Source of the DNA: a virus
DNA length: 60,599 nt
Virus record (IMG/VR): IMGVR_UViG_3300045988_080839
Span: 1 to 60,599 of that record
Reading direction: 5' to 3' (one strand)
Shown in pieces: positions 17,601 through 25,706 of this stretch. The first letter of the stretch is position 1. Every line of letters starts with the position of its first letter. Under the pieces are notes generated by a model that worked only from the letters and a program-made list of their open reading frames with translations, was not told where the DNA came from and did no database searches. The position numbers and the translations under genes were made by a program.

Positions 17601-18125
17601 AGAACCTGTCCTTGCAAGTTTAGCCAGTGCATTTGTCATGTCAATAATGTTTCTATTGACTGTAGGTGCTTTGGAAAGTGTTGTCATAAGGCTGTTCATA
17701 GCTGTAGCAAGTTTAGGGATATTCTCAATAGCTTTGGTCGAGGACTTATAACCTAACTGTGAAATTCCTCTTGCCAGTTCTGATATCTGTGCAGTAGCAG
17801 AACTACTAGCCTTAATATTTCCAAACGCTTTACTAAGCTGGTTCATAGAGGATGCCGCACGGTTTATTTTTGCTGTGTCTACTGTGGATATCTTTTCTAT
17901 GCCCTTTGCAAGCCTTGTAAAGTCTGTTGTCTTAACATTATTCATGCTCTGCATGGCACTTGAAAGCCTATTTACACTATTCGCAAGACCATTCAAATTA
18001 CTGGTATTAATGCTGTTCAATGAAGTAGACAGTTTATCAAGTTTTGTAATCAGCTTGTCAATCGCATTATTCGCCTTTGTTGCCTGCGCTTTAATTTGAA
18101 TTTCCAGTGAATCAATCTCTGCCAT
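14628..18125 (-). CDS. Tail tape measure protein (1165 aa)
   Basis: ORF track. Size, helical N-terminus and the W/F-rich repeats (VAPWFSIEKWSELL, VIPWFSLERWLEVL, VAPWFTKKKWDDML) are typical of tape measure proteins. Confidence 0.85.
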   Translation of the reverse strand: MAEIDSLEIQIKAQATKANNAIDKLITKLDKLSTSLNSINTSNLNGLANSVNRLSSAMQSMNNVKTTDFTRLAKGIEKISTVDTAKINRAASSMNQLSKAFGNIKASSSATAQISELARGISQLGYKSSTKAIENIPKLATAMNSLMTTLSKAPTVNRNIIDMTNALAKLARTGSSSGRAANSLASSLNVFGKSAKSAKINSFSLASAFGKLYASYWLLFRAFHKLGDAIDISSSLTEVENVVRTTFGNYEKLIQDFSKTSIQDFGMSELMAKQVASRFQAMGVAMGFSQKNMANMSLELTKLTADMASFYDMSQTDVARNLQAIFTGETEPLRKYGLDLTQATLKEWALKQGLDADITSMTQAQKAMLRYQYVMQNTAAAQGDFARTADTWHNQLVVLTQSFQQLASIIGGALINAFKPFVRTLNQTMQYVIAFAETVTNALGSIFGWKYEVSAGGVAKDWADGMDDFSDATGDAAKNAKKLKNNLLGIDELNIISEDKDSKGSGGSAGASKVDKTQGGLVQVDTIFKDYESSIKTLEQLGNKVRDTLIGTMDSIEWDSVFEKARNFGTGLAEFLNGLLDYDGEGRTLFGKVAQTLANTLNAIVYAAQSFSETFDFYQFGVNIADAINNFFATFDFSALANTLNKWVNGIKDAINGFLDKVDWKTVFNGLYDFFSNLEIDTVEFIVGTLLLKKIGAVRIASGLWESLKKSIKLAIDFGLKGGIGYSDLLINLTSFSVAFSPNLAAIWATIEDQFLKGTIFDTNTWTGFPAKVNDAIDNAIDSVGNFLVNAMRETLTTLFNWDETMSLFEQAKDNFKKGGVYILEGILDGFAGAIAFILEPVKDLFTAIYNAICDVFGIHSPAETMKPLGEYIFLGIVEGFSSMFDSFTESVTDFWENYVAPWFSIEKWSELLTNVTTAFQTKWDEIVEWWNGTALVTWWEESVIPWFSLERWLEVLNNIKESFNTKWTETSTQWVANLTKWWTVNVAPWFTKKKWDDMLAKVPTAFKDAFKAAANGAIEFLNGVISGVESLVNHAIDGLKKLAEAASKIPGISFSIDIPNVSLPRIPKFSTGGFPETGSLFYANEAGPELVGTIGGKTAVAPNGEITGIKEAVYDSGANTAQLLSTAIQLLQIIADKDSTVNIDGRELVSATDERRNRNGFSFA

Positions 18126-18180
18126 ACTGCACCTACTTTCAACTGTTAAAGTGAGTGACTATCTCCAACCGATAGCCAGT

Positions 18181-18213
18181 AAAAAGGGCAGTAGACTATG
18201 ACCTCTACCGCCC
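18181..18213 (-). terminator. Rho-independent terminator between the lysin and tape measure genes
   Basis: Minus strand: GGGCGGTAGA-loop-TCTACTGCCC (one G-U pair), then TTTTT. Confidence 0.6.
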
Positions 18214-18218
18214 CTGTG

Positions 18219-19094
18219 TTATCTTTTCAGGTATTCTCTTGTTACTTTTCCTGCCTTGCAATCTACCGTTATTCCTACACGTTTTTGGAAAACTCCGATT
18301 GCACTGGCTGTATCATTTCCCAATATACCGTCAATATTGCTCTTGCCTTTTGCATTTGTGGCAGACAGGCACTTATGATAGATAAGTTCCGTCTGTAGCC
18401 ACTTCACATCATCCCCACGCATACAGGGTACTTTCTTATAAAGGATTCTCGTAGGCTCTGGATATGGGTTATTGTGCGTGTCGTAGACGTTCTGTAATTC
18501 GTTTAATTCACGATACCATACATTCATATCAACATTGCCATTAACGCCGCTTACAGCTCCTTTAGACGTGTACTGCCACCCTATCAAACTATCAATCTGT
18601 GGCTGATATTTCATGTCCATATTTCCAGTGTTCTTACCGTATGCCGCAATCCACAACGGACATTTAAGCGTACCATACGGTTTAATATAGGAATTGTAGA
18701 AAGACTTTCCAGTATACACACCGAATGCAAGACCATAACTTCTGATAACATCACCGTAAGCGTTGACAATGTCAATCAGCTTGCTTCTAAGTCCTTTCTG
18801 GCAGTTGTCCTCAACGTCTAGCCATACCATTGTCTCACGACCATTAAGCACTTCTGCTACTTTCCTTGCATCATTTCTAGCCTTTGTAACTGTTGTCGCA
18901 TAGCTGTAGTTGTAAACGCCCTGTATCGTCAATCCGTTTGCTTTACAGCCTGTCCAGTTAGCTTCAAACTGCTTATCACGGTTCAAATCTTTACGGATGA
19001 TTTTAAGGATGGCAAACTGGATGCCGCCTGCCTTGACTTTTGCCCAGTCAATAGTTCCCTGATATGCCGATACATCTATACCGATATAACTCAT
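18219..19094 (-). CDS. GH25 muramidase with a C-terminal peptidoglycan-binding domain (endolysin or tail-associated lysin)
   Basis: ORF track. YIGIDVSAYQGTIDW and GVYNYSYA/DVE blocks are typical of GH25. The C-terminal GDDVKWLQ...DGILGNDTASAIGVFQ is PG_binding_1-like. ATGA overlap with the chaperone T frame. Confidence 0.85.
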   Translation of the reverse strand: MSYIGIDVSAYQGTIDWAKVKAGGIQFAILKIIRKDLNRDKQFEANWTGCKANGLTIQGVYNYSYATTVTKARNDARKVAEVLNGRETMVWLDVEDNCQKGLRSKLIDIVNAYGDVIRSYGLAFGVYTGKSFYNSYIKPYGTLKCPLWIAAYGKNTGNMDMKYQPQIDSLIGWQYTSKGAVSGVNGNVDMNVWYRELNELQNVYDTHNNPYPEPTRILYKKVPCMRGDDVKWLQTELIYHKCLSATNAKGKSNIDGILGNDTASAIGVFQKRVGITVDCKAGKVTREYLKR

Positions 19095-19573
19095 TTTTTA
19101 TCAGCTTCTTTCTTTTTGTGATTCAATTCAAAATTAACTCTCATGGCTTCCAATTTTGCTACGAACAGTTCTCTCTGTCTGTCCATTTCTTCTTCCGATA
19201 ATGGCTTATTTTTTTCTTCAAGTTCCTGCATGATAGGCTTCTCAATGTACTTGCTACGTGCTTTACGTCCATTTAAGCAACGATCAATAGCAACCGTAAG
19301 GGCAGATATGCCATATGCGCCAAACATAAGCCATGCGTCACTGTCATTTTTCTGTTTTTCCAGTCTGTATGCCTGTTCATAAGGTCTTAAATCAGCAGGG
19401 CAAGACCAGTCTATATCATGCACTGTAAGTCCGTACCCCTTAGTGACAGTAAGCCAATAAGGACGTACTTCGTTACAGTATATTTCCCATGTTAATTCTC
19501 GGCTTTCTGCTTGCTGTTCGGAGTTGCCGCCTGTTCTTTCTGAACCTCCCTCTCGAACATCTTCTTTAAAAAA
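19091..19573 (-). CDS. T-extension of the tail assembly chaperone (GT fusion by -1 frameshift)
   Basis: ORF track shows only 19091..19423. The same frame stays open upstream to the slippery site (FFKEDVREGGSERTGGNSEQQAESRELTWEIY...). Confidence 0.65.
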   Translation of the reverse strand, partial: FFKEDVREGGSERTGGNSEQQAESRELTWEIYCNEVRPYWLTVTKGYGLTVHDIDWSCPADLRPYEQAYRLEKQKNDSDAWLMFGAYGISALTVAIDRCLNGRKARSKYIEKPIMQELEEKNKPLSEEEMDRQRELFVAKLEAMRVNFELNHKKKEADKK

Positions 19574-19923
19574 CCGTTAGAAGTCATTTCCTCCTGTAAA
19601 TCTGTAAAGAAGTCTGTTACGTCTACTTCACCATTATCTACATAATTTCCGACAAGCTCAAAAGCCTTATTTTTTGCCTCCTCGTAACCCTCTTTGGTAT
19701 CAAGGTTATAGCCGAACTCATCAGCGTGAAACTTCTGCAAGCCTACCAGAACCATTTCAGGTACAAATAAAAGCATATTTTCAATCTGCTCCATGTTATC
19801 CTGTGCGTTCTCTTTCATGGATACGGACATTTTTGCTACTCTTGAAAGCAATCTTGATTTCAGTGTCGGTTCATAACCGAATTTGATTGTGTATTCTTTT
19901 TCGTTTACTTTGATTTTTAACAT
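19492..19923 (-). CDS. Tail assembly chaperone (G-like, 143 aa)
   Basis: ORF track. Sits between the major tail and tape measure genes. Contains the slippery heptamer near its 3' end. Confidence 0.7.
   Translation of the reverse strand: MLKIKVNEKEYTIKFGYEPTLKSRLLSRVAKMSVSMKENAQDNMEQIENMLLFVPEMVLVGLQKFHADEFGYNLDTKEGYEEAKNKAFELVGNYVDNGEVDVTDFFTDLQEEMTSNGFLKKMFEREVQKEQAATPNSKQKAEN
19567..19573 (-). promoter_or_regulatory. -1 programmed ribosomal frameshift site T_TTT_TTA
   Basis: Zero frame reads GGT TTT TTA. The -1 frame is open from here through 19091, with no stop. Confidence 0.7.
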
Positions 19924-19954
19924 ATTATATCTACCCTTTCCCTTACTATTAGTA

Positions 19955-19990
19955 AGAAAGGGGGCAGTCCTAAGACCGCCCCTGTTTTTT
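19955..19990. terminator. GC-rich hairpin with flanking T runs, after the major tail gene
   Basis: GGGGC...GCCCC stem. TTTTTT on the plus strand and CTTTCTT on the minus strand. Confidence 0.45.
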
Positions 19991-19998
19991 AATCTAAC

Positions 19999-20472
19999 TT
20001 AGGTAAATGCTACCTTTGTTTCCATTCCCTTGTATTCCTCGATTGTAAGGTTCATTTCAACAACAAGTAACTCATTTTGTGTAAACTCTGGCTCAGGAAA
20101 TATTGTAGGTGGCTGTGCCACAACAAAGAAAGCATCTTCAAACTTAGGAATGATAGTCTCAAACCACATTCTCTTACCGCCTGTCAATGCTTTATAAGTA
20201 GAAATTACTGTTTCCCACTGTTCTCGCGTTTCTGTTGTAAAATTAACAGTAACTGCAAATGAACCGCCTGTATCTCCACGCCCCTGAACGTATCTTGATA
20301 CTGTATCTTCCAGTGCAGATGCATCAATCTGTTCATTCTCGATTGTGATACCACCGATAGCATTAATTCTGTCCAACTGGGTAAATGTATCTGGTTTTGT
20401 TCCTGCTGTATCTTCTACGCCATAACCAAACGTAATGCCCAGACTGGATAAGCCAGCTATAGTTGCCGCCAT
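19999..20472 (-). CDS. Major tail protein (157 aa)
   Basis: ORF track. Position upstream of the G/GT chaperones; typical size and beta-rich sequence. Confidence 0.7.
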   Translation of the reverse strand: MAATIAGLSSLGITFGYGVEDTAGTKPDTFTQLDRINAIGGITIENEQIDASALEDTVSRYVQGRGDTGGSFAVTVNFTTETREQWETVISTYKALTGGKRMWFETIIPKFEDAFFVVAQPPTIFPEPEFTQNELLVVEMNLTIEEYKGMETKVAFT

Positions 20473-20540
20473 ATATTACCGTCCTTTCTACCGCTAATTA
20501 ATGCGGTCAGTGACACACCCTTTTGTGTGCCAGTTAATAG

Positions 20541-20963
20541 TTATTGTAATGGGTCAAGCGAACCGATTGTTCGTGTAGCCCTAAATGTAGCAGTCCTTAT
20601 TTTATTCGTAATCGTATAAACAGGATTGCTTATTTCAAACCGCTTCCATTTGAAAAAATTGATTGCAGTTGCGGTCATATTAACTAATGCTTCTCTATCA
20701 GACTGGCTTTCGCCTTGATAGTTTATCGTTATCTGAAACGTGGGTCTTATAGCATTGATAGTATCTCCTGCAATATCCTGTCCTACCTCAACTGCGCCTA
20801 TCTGACGCATAAGAACTGTTGGAAACTTTGGTGTTCCTGTGACTGCTTCATCCTGCGTGATGTACAGATTTTTGTACTTACTGCCATATGCAAGTTTCAT
20901 TTCATGAGAGAACATATTGAAAATCTGGTCTGGCAATCGTAACGCCCATGAATTATCAATCAC
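20541..20963 (-). CDS. Tail completion / tail terminator-like protein
   Basis: ORF track 20541..20990. The GTG at 20963, 7 nt after AAGGAGGTG, is preferred. Position is just before the major tail gene. Confidence 0.45.
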   Translation of the reverse strand: MIDNSWALRLPDQIFNMFSHEMKLAYGSKYKNLYITQDEAVTGTPKFPTVLMRQIGAVEVGQDIAGDTINAIRPTFQITINYQGESQSDREALVNMTATAINFFKWKRFEISNPVYTITNKIRTATFRATRTIGSLDPLQ

Positions 20964-21489
20964 TGCCGAACACCTCCTTTGCAGTTTCAAGAATTATTTT
21001 CCTAAGTTCAATAGCTGTGTAGTACATAAATGGTCTGCTAGGCATACCTTCCGTAAACCACCATTGACCGTTATCGTCACGGTAAAACCAACCGTAGCGT
21101 CCGTCTGCCAACTGTCTTATGGTCTTACCGCTTGCATATTCCCATGTAACACCGTCTGGTAGTTCTCCCGGATATGGGGATTCCTGTCCTACAATTCCTG
21201 TTCCGAACTCAACGAACAATGCATGATCTGTTCCTGCCACAACCGCATATATCCCACCGCCTTGCACATCTTTTATGTGTTCGGCGTGTATACTCGAATT
21301 AAGTTCGTATGTGAATATTGCATCGAGCGAAGCAACATATGTCTGTGCAATCTCTACGCCCTTTTCAGAAAGTTTTTCAGCTAACAGCCTACATTTATAC
21401 TCTGATGAATTTTGATAGATTCTAAGCTCTTGTATAGCGTTCTGTATGGATTTCTGTGATAATGTCATGGGGATAACTTTCTTTGCCAT
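20956..21489 (-). CDS. Head-tail joining protein (HK97 gp10-like position)
   Basis: ORF track. Called from position in the connector block and from size. Confidence 0.45.
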   Translation of the reverse strand: MAKKVIPMTLSQKSIQNAIQELRIYQNSSEYKCRLLAEKLSEKGVEIAQTYVASLDAIFTYELNSSIHAEHIKDVQGGGIYAVVAGTDHALFVEFGTGIVGQESPYPGELPDGVTWEYASGKTIRQLADGRYGWFYRDDNGQWWFTEGMPSRPFMYYTAIELRKIILETAKEVFGSD

Positions 21490-21497
21490 ACATTCAC

Positions 21498-21815
21498 CTA
21501 TATTGCTTCAAGCTCTTTGAATACTTGCAACATTTTAGGAAACTGAATTGCGATCCAGTTAACCAGTTCTTCATTAGATGAATAATTATCTAATCCAGAC
21601 TCACTAAAAAAAGCATGAATTACTTCATGCCTTAAAACTTCGTTAAATCTTTTTTTCTTTGTTTCCGTGAAATCATCATCACACAGCATTGCTCCTACAT
21701 TTCTAACTGTAATTTTTTTGTCGTATTCTTTACAAAGTCCGTCACAATTAGTTTTTTCTAATGTATCGTCAATATCAATGCTATATTCAGTTCCCAAAAT
21801 ATTTACATTCTTCAT
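21498..21815 (-). CDS. Small HExxH zinc-metallopeptidase-like protein (105 aa)
   Basis: ORF track. HEVIH motif. Same layout as the second small HExxH protein at 39537..39860. Confidence 0.55.
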   Translation of the reverse strand: MKNVNILGTEYSIDIDDTLEKTNCDGLCKEYDKKITVRNVGAMLCDDDFTETKKKRFNEVLRHEVIHAFFSESGLDNYSSNEELVNWIAIQFPKMLQVFKELEAI

Positions 21816-22282
21816 GTTACCACCTGCTTAACAACTTTCTGCAATAAAAAAAGGTCTGCGGTCAGACCCTCATCAGCTACGCCCTTTACAACATAGTCTG
21901 CGCTATCTTCGTCTGAAAGTCCGTTATCTTTCAATGTGACTTCGGACTTTTTCCAGATAACGTCTCCTGCTTTAATTGGCAGATAGCCTTTATCTGTGCA
22001 AATCTGTACATAGGACGTGCTATCATCAATACCGAACTGCTTTACCAGTGCTTCCGATAGCTTATTGCTAATGTTGGCGTAAAAAGTAACTGGCTCTGCG
22101 AATCCGCTGACTTCCTGAATCTTAGGAATCAAATTGCCCTGTGAATCAAGATATGGAATAAAAGTACCACTGGAATCCGTATATCCCTCATACACTGGGT
22201 TTCCATATTCGTCAGTTTCCTCAATGGTCACGGTCTGACCCTGCAAGGCGTATTTCATTTTCTGCTTATTGATATCAAGCAT
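21812..22282 (-). CDS. Hypothetical structural-module protein (156 aa)
   Basis: ORF track. 4-nt overlap with the downstream gene. Confidence 0.5.
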   Translation of the reverse strand: MLDINKQKMKYALQGQTVTIEETDEYGNPVYEGYTDSSGTFIPYLDSQGNLIPKIQEVSGFAEPVTFYANISNKLSEALVKQFGIDDSTSYVQICTDKGYLPIKAGDVIWKKSEVTLKDNGLSDEDSADYVVKGVADEGLTADLFLLQKVVKQVVT

Positions 22283-22562
22283 TTTTCTTTACCTGTTTAT
22301 AAATCTGATTGACGCCTGTGCTTGATAATCCGGACACAATTCCTACTGCGATTGCATTAAGAATGTCATTTGCCGGAAAATCTGGAATTACATACATTCC
22401 AACAATACCTAAGATACCGCCTGCAATGCCTACGATTATAGGAATGTAATTATCCTTAATGTGTGGGATTGCTTTAGCTCCTAAGCCTATCAGATATGTA
22501 ATTACAACGATTGCAACTACTGTTGATACTGATGTTATATCCATTTTAATCCTTACCTCCAT
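22275..22562 (-). CDS. Holin-like membrane protein (95 aa)
   Basis: ORF track. Three hydrophobic segments and a charged C-terminus (VNQIYKQVKKNA). Confidence 0.6.
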   Translation of the reverse strand: MEVRIKMDITSVSTVVAIVVITYLIGLGAKAIPHIKDNYIPIIVGIAGGILGIVGMYVIPDFPANDILNAIAVGIVSGLSSTGVNQIYKQVKKNA

Positions 22563-22851
22563 TCTTTAAGTGAATTTCCTGTATTTCGTTATACATTTTG
22601 GTTACCATACCATTACCGCCCAATGCGTGATATGCGTTATACATTTCAACAAAATTGTCATACGCATAAGATGGTATTTCGCCGAGTTTCATATACTTAT
22701 CGTGATATTCGATAAGCTGTACTCGCAAAAGTAACATTGTACCTTTACTATTGGCGTCTTTGTCTTTTTTCTGTTGCTTCAGAAGCCAAACTATATAACC
22801 AAGCAATATTGGTAACGCTATGGTGTAAGTCTGTAATAAAATTTCTTTCAT
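22546..22851 (-). CDS. Single-TM protein (101 aa), possible holin partner
   Basis: ORF track 22546..22893. Start moved to MKEILLQTYTIALPILLGYIVWLL (AGGAGATATAAA RBS). Confidence 0.5.
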   Translation of the reverse strand: MKEILLQTYTIALPILLGYIVWLLKQQKKDKDANSKGTMLLLRVQLIEYHDKYMKLGEIPSYAYDNFVEMYNAYHALGGNGMVTKMYNEIQEIHLKNGGKD

Positions 22852-22957
22852 TTTATATCTCCTGCAATTTAATACAGGCACACTGCCCTCCACCTCTTAC
22901 TGTGTGCCGCCTACAACCATATTGCCGACATCAGCAATATGGTCATGCACAATCTTC

Positions 22958-23344
22958 TTATATAATCTTAACAAACGGATATACACCAGTAAGAAGCGTA
23001 CTTCTGTCTACCCATTTACGGCTTACTGCACCGTTTTCTGTATAAGACTCCATGTACGCTTCTCCTGCCTGTGAACGGTCATAAACCGTTAGGTTAATGA
23101 TTGTGTCCTCAAATTGCTTCAAGTCGTTGTCAATCTGTTCCTGCGTATAGGTCTTAGGGTACATCCGCTTGTTGATTACCTCATTGGTACACTGCTTTAT
23201 AAGAAGCTCTAACCTTGGGTTATCTTCCTTATGGTCGAATACAGTAACATCAGACGTAACGCCTGTATCTGGGTCTGTGACCTCTTCAATATGAAATTGT
23301 CCTAATCTGATTTTTACTTGTTGTAAAATACTGTATTCTTCCAT
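22958..23344 (-). CDS. Head-tail connector/adaptor-like protein (128 aa)
   Basis: ORF track. Called from position after the capsid genes. Confidence 0.5.
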   Translation of the reverse strand: MEEYSILQQVKIRLGQFHIEEVTDPDTGVTSDVTVFDHKEDNPRLELLIKQCTNEVINKRMYPKTYTQEQIDNDLKQFEDTIINLTVYDRSQAGEAYMESYTENGAVSRKWVDRSTLLTGVYPFVKII

Positions 23345-23353
23345 GGCAACCCC

Positions 23354-23593
23354 TTATAAGCTCATCAATTCAATAAGCATTTTCTTTAAATCCTCACCGC
23401 TAAAGGAATCGGCATTTTGAATTCCTTTTTCTCCTGCTAACTTCTGCAAGTCTGCAGTTCTCATGCGGTTAATGTCTGTCTTTGTATATGGCTGATTTTC
23501 TGTTTTAACTTCCTTATCAGCATTTCCGTCTGGCACTTCTGTTCCTGCTGGATACCAAACACCGTTTTTATTTACGATATACGGATACTTCAT
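23354..23593 (-). CDS. Small protein with a HeH/SAP-like motif (79 aa)
   Basis: ORF track. The INRMRTADLQKLAGEKGI...GEDLKKMLIE pattern resembles a Rho-N/HeH motif. Confidence 0.45.
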   Translation of the reverse strand: MKYPYIVNKNGVWYPAGTEVPDGNADKEVKTENQPYTKTDINRMRTADLQKLAGEKGIQNADSFSGEDLKKMLIELMSL

Positions 23594-23608
23594 CCCAGAT
23601 ACCTCCTA

Positions 23609-24679
23609 CTAAGCAGAATGTACTTCGATCACAAATGTTGAATCCATATTCTCATAAGAAGGAAGCACGATTTCTGAAGCTGTAACAGATGTGATTGCAG
23701 GAGGACCGTATTCAACTTTCTTAGCAACTGCAATTCCCATACCATACATAGAAACATCTACATCAGCAACCTGTGAAGCTGTTCTTTCTTCTGGAGTAGT
23801 TCCAAACCAAGTATTGCCAAGAGAACCACTTGGTAGTAACGTAACCTTATTGTCAGGGTAGAAATACTGTTCGTTTCCCTCATCGTCAATGTACATCTTG
23901 TCGTAAAGAACAATAGTAAGTTTTGTTCTTGATTTTGTGATAGAGACAACATTATCATCTGTAAGCTCAATGTTTGCCGTTAAGTTCTGCGCAAGAATAG
24001 CATTTTTGACCTGTGCATTTTCTAACAGATAATTAAATGTGTTAGAGTTCATAAGCGCATAGGAAGCAATCTTTCCTAATTTTGCAAGTTCTTTTCTTGC
24101 ATTATTAAGATCAGTGAGTGGCTTAGAATTTGTAGTATCGCTCCACATAGCCGTGTCCTGCAATTTTAAGTAATGCTTCTTTGTGTATTCTCCGTTAGGG
24201 TCATAATCATACTCATACTTAACACCGTCAGATTCAATACCGATTGTAGGATGTCCATTTGTTGTTGAGAGAAGAGACATTCTCATTCTTTCTGGCACGA
24301 CTTCCGCTCCGCTCACAAGAGTATTAGTGTCATCATAAATACTCTGCAATACACCCTGCAAATACGGATCGTTTTCATCTTTGATTCTATCAATTTCCTG
24401 TGCATCCTCTTCTGTGACAATCATCTGTTCACGGAAAAATGCCATCTGTGTTTTTTCTGTCTTTAATCCGCCCCTTGCTCTGATTGTTGGCAGCGCATCA
24501 AAATTAGACGGTTTCAGTGATACAGGAAGTCCCTTGTGTGTCTTAATCCACTTTAAATCAAGACCTGACTTTTTCTTCTCTGGAAACCACTGTAAACCAA
24601 GATAAGGAATTGTATTGCTTGCGTTTTCTGTAGCCGCAAGTGCAATAGCCTTTGTATTTACTACTTCATTTACTAGCAT
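23609..24679 (-). CDS. Major capsid protein (gpE-like family, 356 aa)
   Basis: ORF track. N-terminal block LGLQWFPEKKKSGLDLKWIKTHKGLPVSLKPSNFDA and position after the scaffold and decoration genes. Confidence 0.8.
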   Translation of the reverse strand: MLVNEVVNTKAIALAATENASNTIPYLGLQWFPEKKKSGLDLKWIKTHKGLPVSLKPSNFDALPTIRARGGLKTEKTQMAFFREQMIVTEEDAQEIDRIKDENDPYLQGVLQSIYDDTNTLVSGAEVVPERMRMSLLSTTNGHPTIGIESDGVKYEYDYDPNGEYTKKHYLKLQDTAMWSDTTNSKPLTDLNNARKELAKLGKIASYALMNSNTFNYLLENAQVKNAILAQNLTANIELTDDNVVSITKSRTKLTIVLYDKMYIDDEGNEQYFYPDNKVTLLPSGSLGNTWFGTTPEERTASQVADVDVSMYGMGIAVAKKVEYGPPAITSVTASEIVLPSYENMDSTFVIEVHSA

Positions 24680-24698
24680 TATTTTTACCTCCTGTTAA

Positions 24699-25037
24699 TT
24701 ATTCAAAAACAATCATTGGCAATGCCGCTTTTGCAACTGCCGCAATTTCAACGCCTGAATGTGTCTGCGCAATTGTTTTGTCAATATATGCCTTTTTAAG
24801 CAACGTTCCCTGTGGTCTATCTTCTGTAACGTCATGTAATAAGATTCCCACTACTGTAGCCGTGTTATCTGCTACTCCTGTAGAACCGATAGGGGTTCCT
24901 GCTTTTACAACCTTTTTACCGTTTGCCAGTTTTGTATCAACGCTTGTAAAATCAAGTGTCATAGGGATTCCTTCAAACGGCTTTCTTTTTAAGATTTCAA
25001 CATCGCCAGCGTATGTTGTCTGCTCAAACTGCATCAT
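24699..25037 (-). CDS. Head decoration / capsid accessory protein candidate (112 aa)
   Basis: ORF track. Lies between the scaffold and capsid genes. Confidence 0.45.
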   Translation of the reverse strand: MMQFEQTTYAGDVEILKRKPFEGIPMTLDFTSVDTKLANGKKVVKAGTPIGSTGVADNTATVVGILLHDVTEDRPQGTLLKKAYIDKTIAQTHSGVEIAAVAKAALPMIVFE

Positions 25038-25038
25038 C

Positions 25039-25593
25039 TTAGTTACCTCCTACATAGTGTGATAAAATATCATTGTTCTGTTTCTGACCGCCGTATAACT
25101 TTTCAACAAGTTTTTCAGCAGTAGTCTTATTTTCATTTTCTTTGCCAGCAGTACCGCCACCAGGATTAGTAGTATTATTTGCAATCTCCTGTTCCTTAGC
25201 CTGTGCCGCCGCAGTTTCTTTGTCAGAAATAATCTTTCCAAGAGCGTCAAAATCAAAGCTGCCATCATCCTTAACAACCTGTGTCGCCTGTTCAGCAGTG
25301 ATTTTAAATTTTTCCGCTGCGATTGTGCGCTGTAAAGATAAGGACTGCGCCTTTTCAAGTTCTGCAATACGATTCTGTGCTTTTTCAAGTTCCTTTGCGG
25401 TCTTTTCCTGTTCTGAAAGATTCTGGTCTTTTAAGGTATTAAATTCCTTTTCAATCCCCTGTAATCTTTCCAGTTCCGCGTTGTTCTTTGTTGCCTTTGC
25501 ATTTGCAGACTGGATATCCTTACTGTTTTCTGCAATGATCTTTTCTACCTGTTCATCAGTCAGACCCATTGCTGTTAAATCTTCTCTTTTCAT
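25039..25593 (-). CDS. Capsid scaffolding protein (184 aa)
   Basis: ORF track. Highly charged helical sequence. MKREDLTAMGLTDEQVEKIIAENSKDI resembles GP20-type scaffolds. Confidence 0.7.
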   Translation of the reverse strand: MKREDLTAMGLTDEQVEKIIAENSKDIQSANAKATKNNAELERLQGIEKEFNTLKDQNLSEQEKTAKELEKAQNRIAELEKAQSLSLQRTIAAEKFKITAEQATQVVKDDGSFDFDALGKIISDKETAAAQAKEQEIANNTTNPGGGTAGKENENKTTAEKLVEKLYGGQKQNNDILSHYVGGN

Positions 25594-25706
25594 GATTACC
25601 TCCGTTATGTCCTACGAATTTTTATACGGTGCAACGACACCGATTGACATTGCCGATTTTTACGCTCACGACATTGCGAATTTTATAAAATAAAAGCAAC
25701 TGCCGA

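Noticed and set aside
14757-18099. Many plus-strand ORFs inside the tape measure gene (for example 15658..16272 at 204 aa and 16546..16848)
   Set aside because: They are antisense shadows of a 1165-aa gene with clear tape measure features. Their composition is low-complexity and they have no RBS.
25050-25693. Alternative ORFs over the scaffold gene (25050..25388 minus strand, 25142..25693 plus strand), and 23758..23970 inside the capsid gene
   Set aside because: They are off-frame or antisense ORFs produced by biased codon composition. The annotated frames have recognisable scaffold and capsid sequence.
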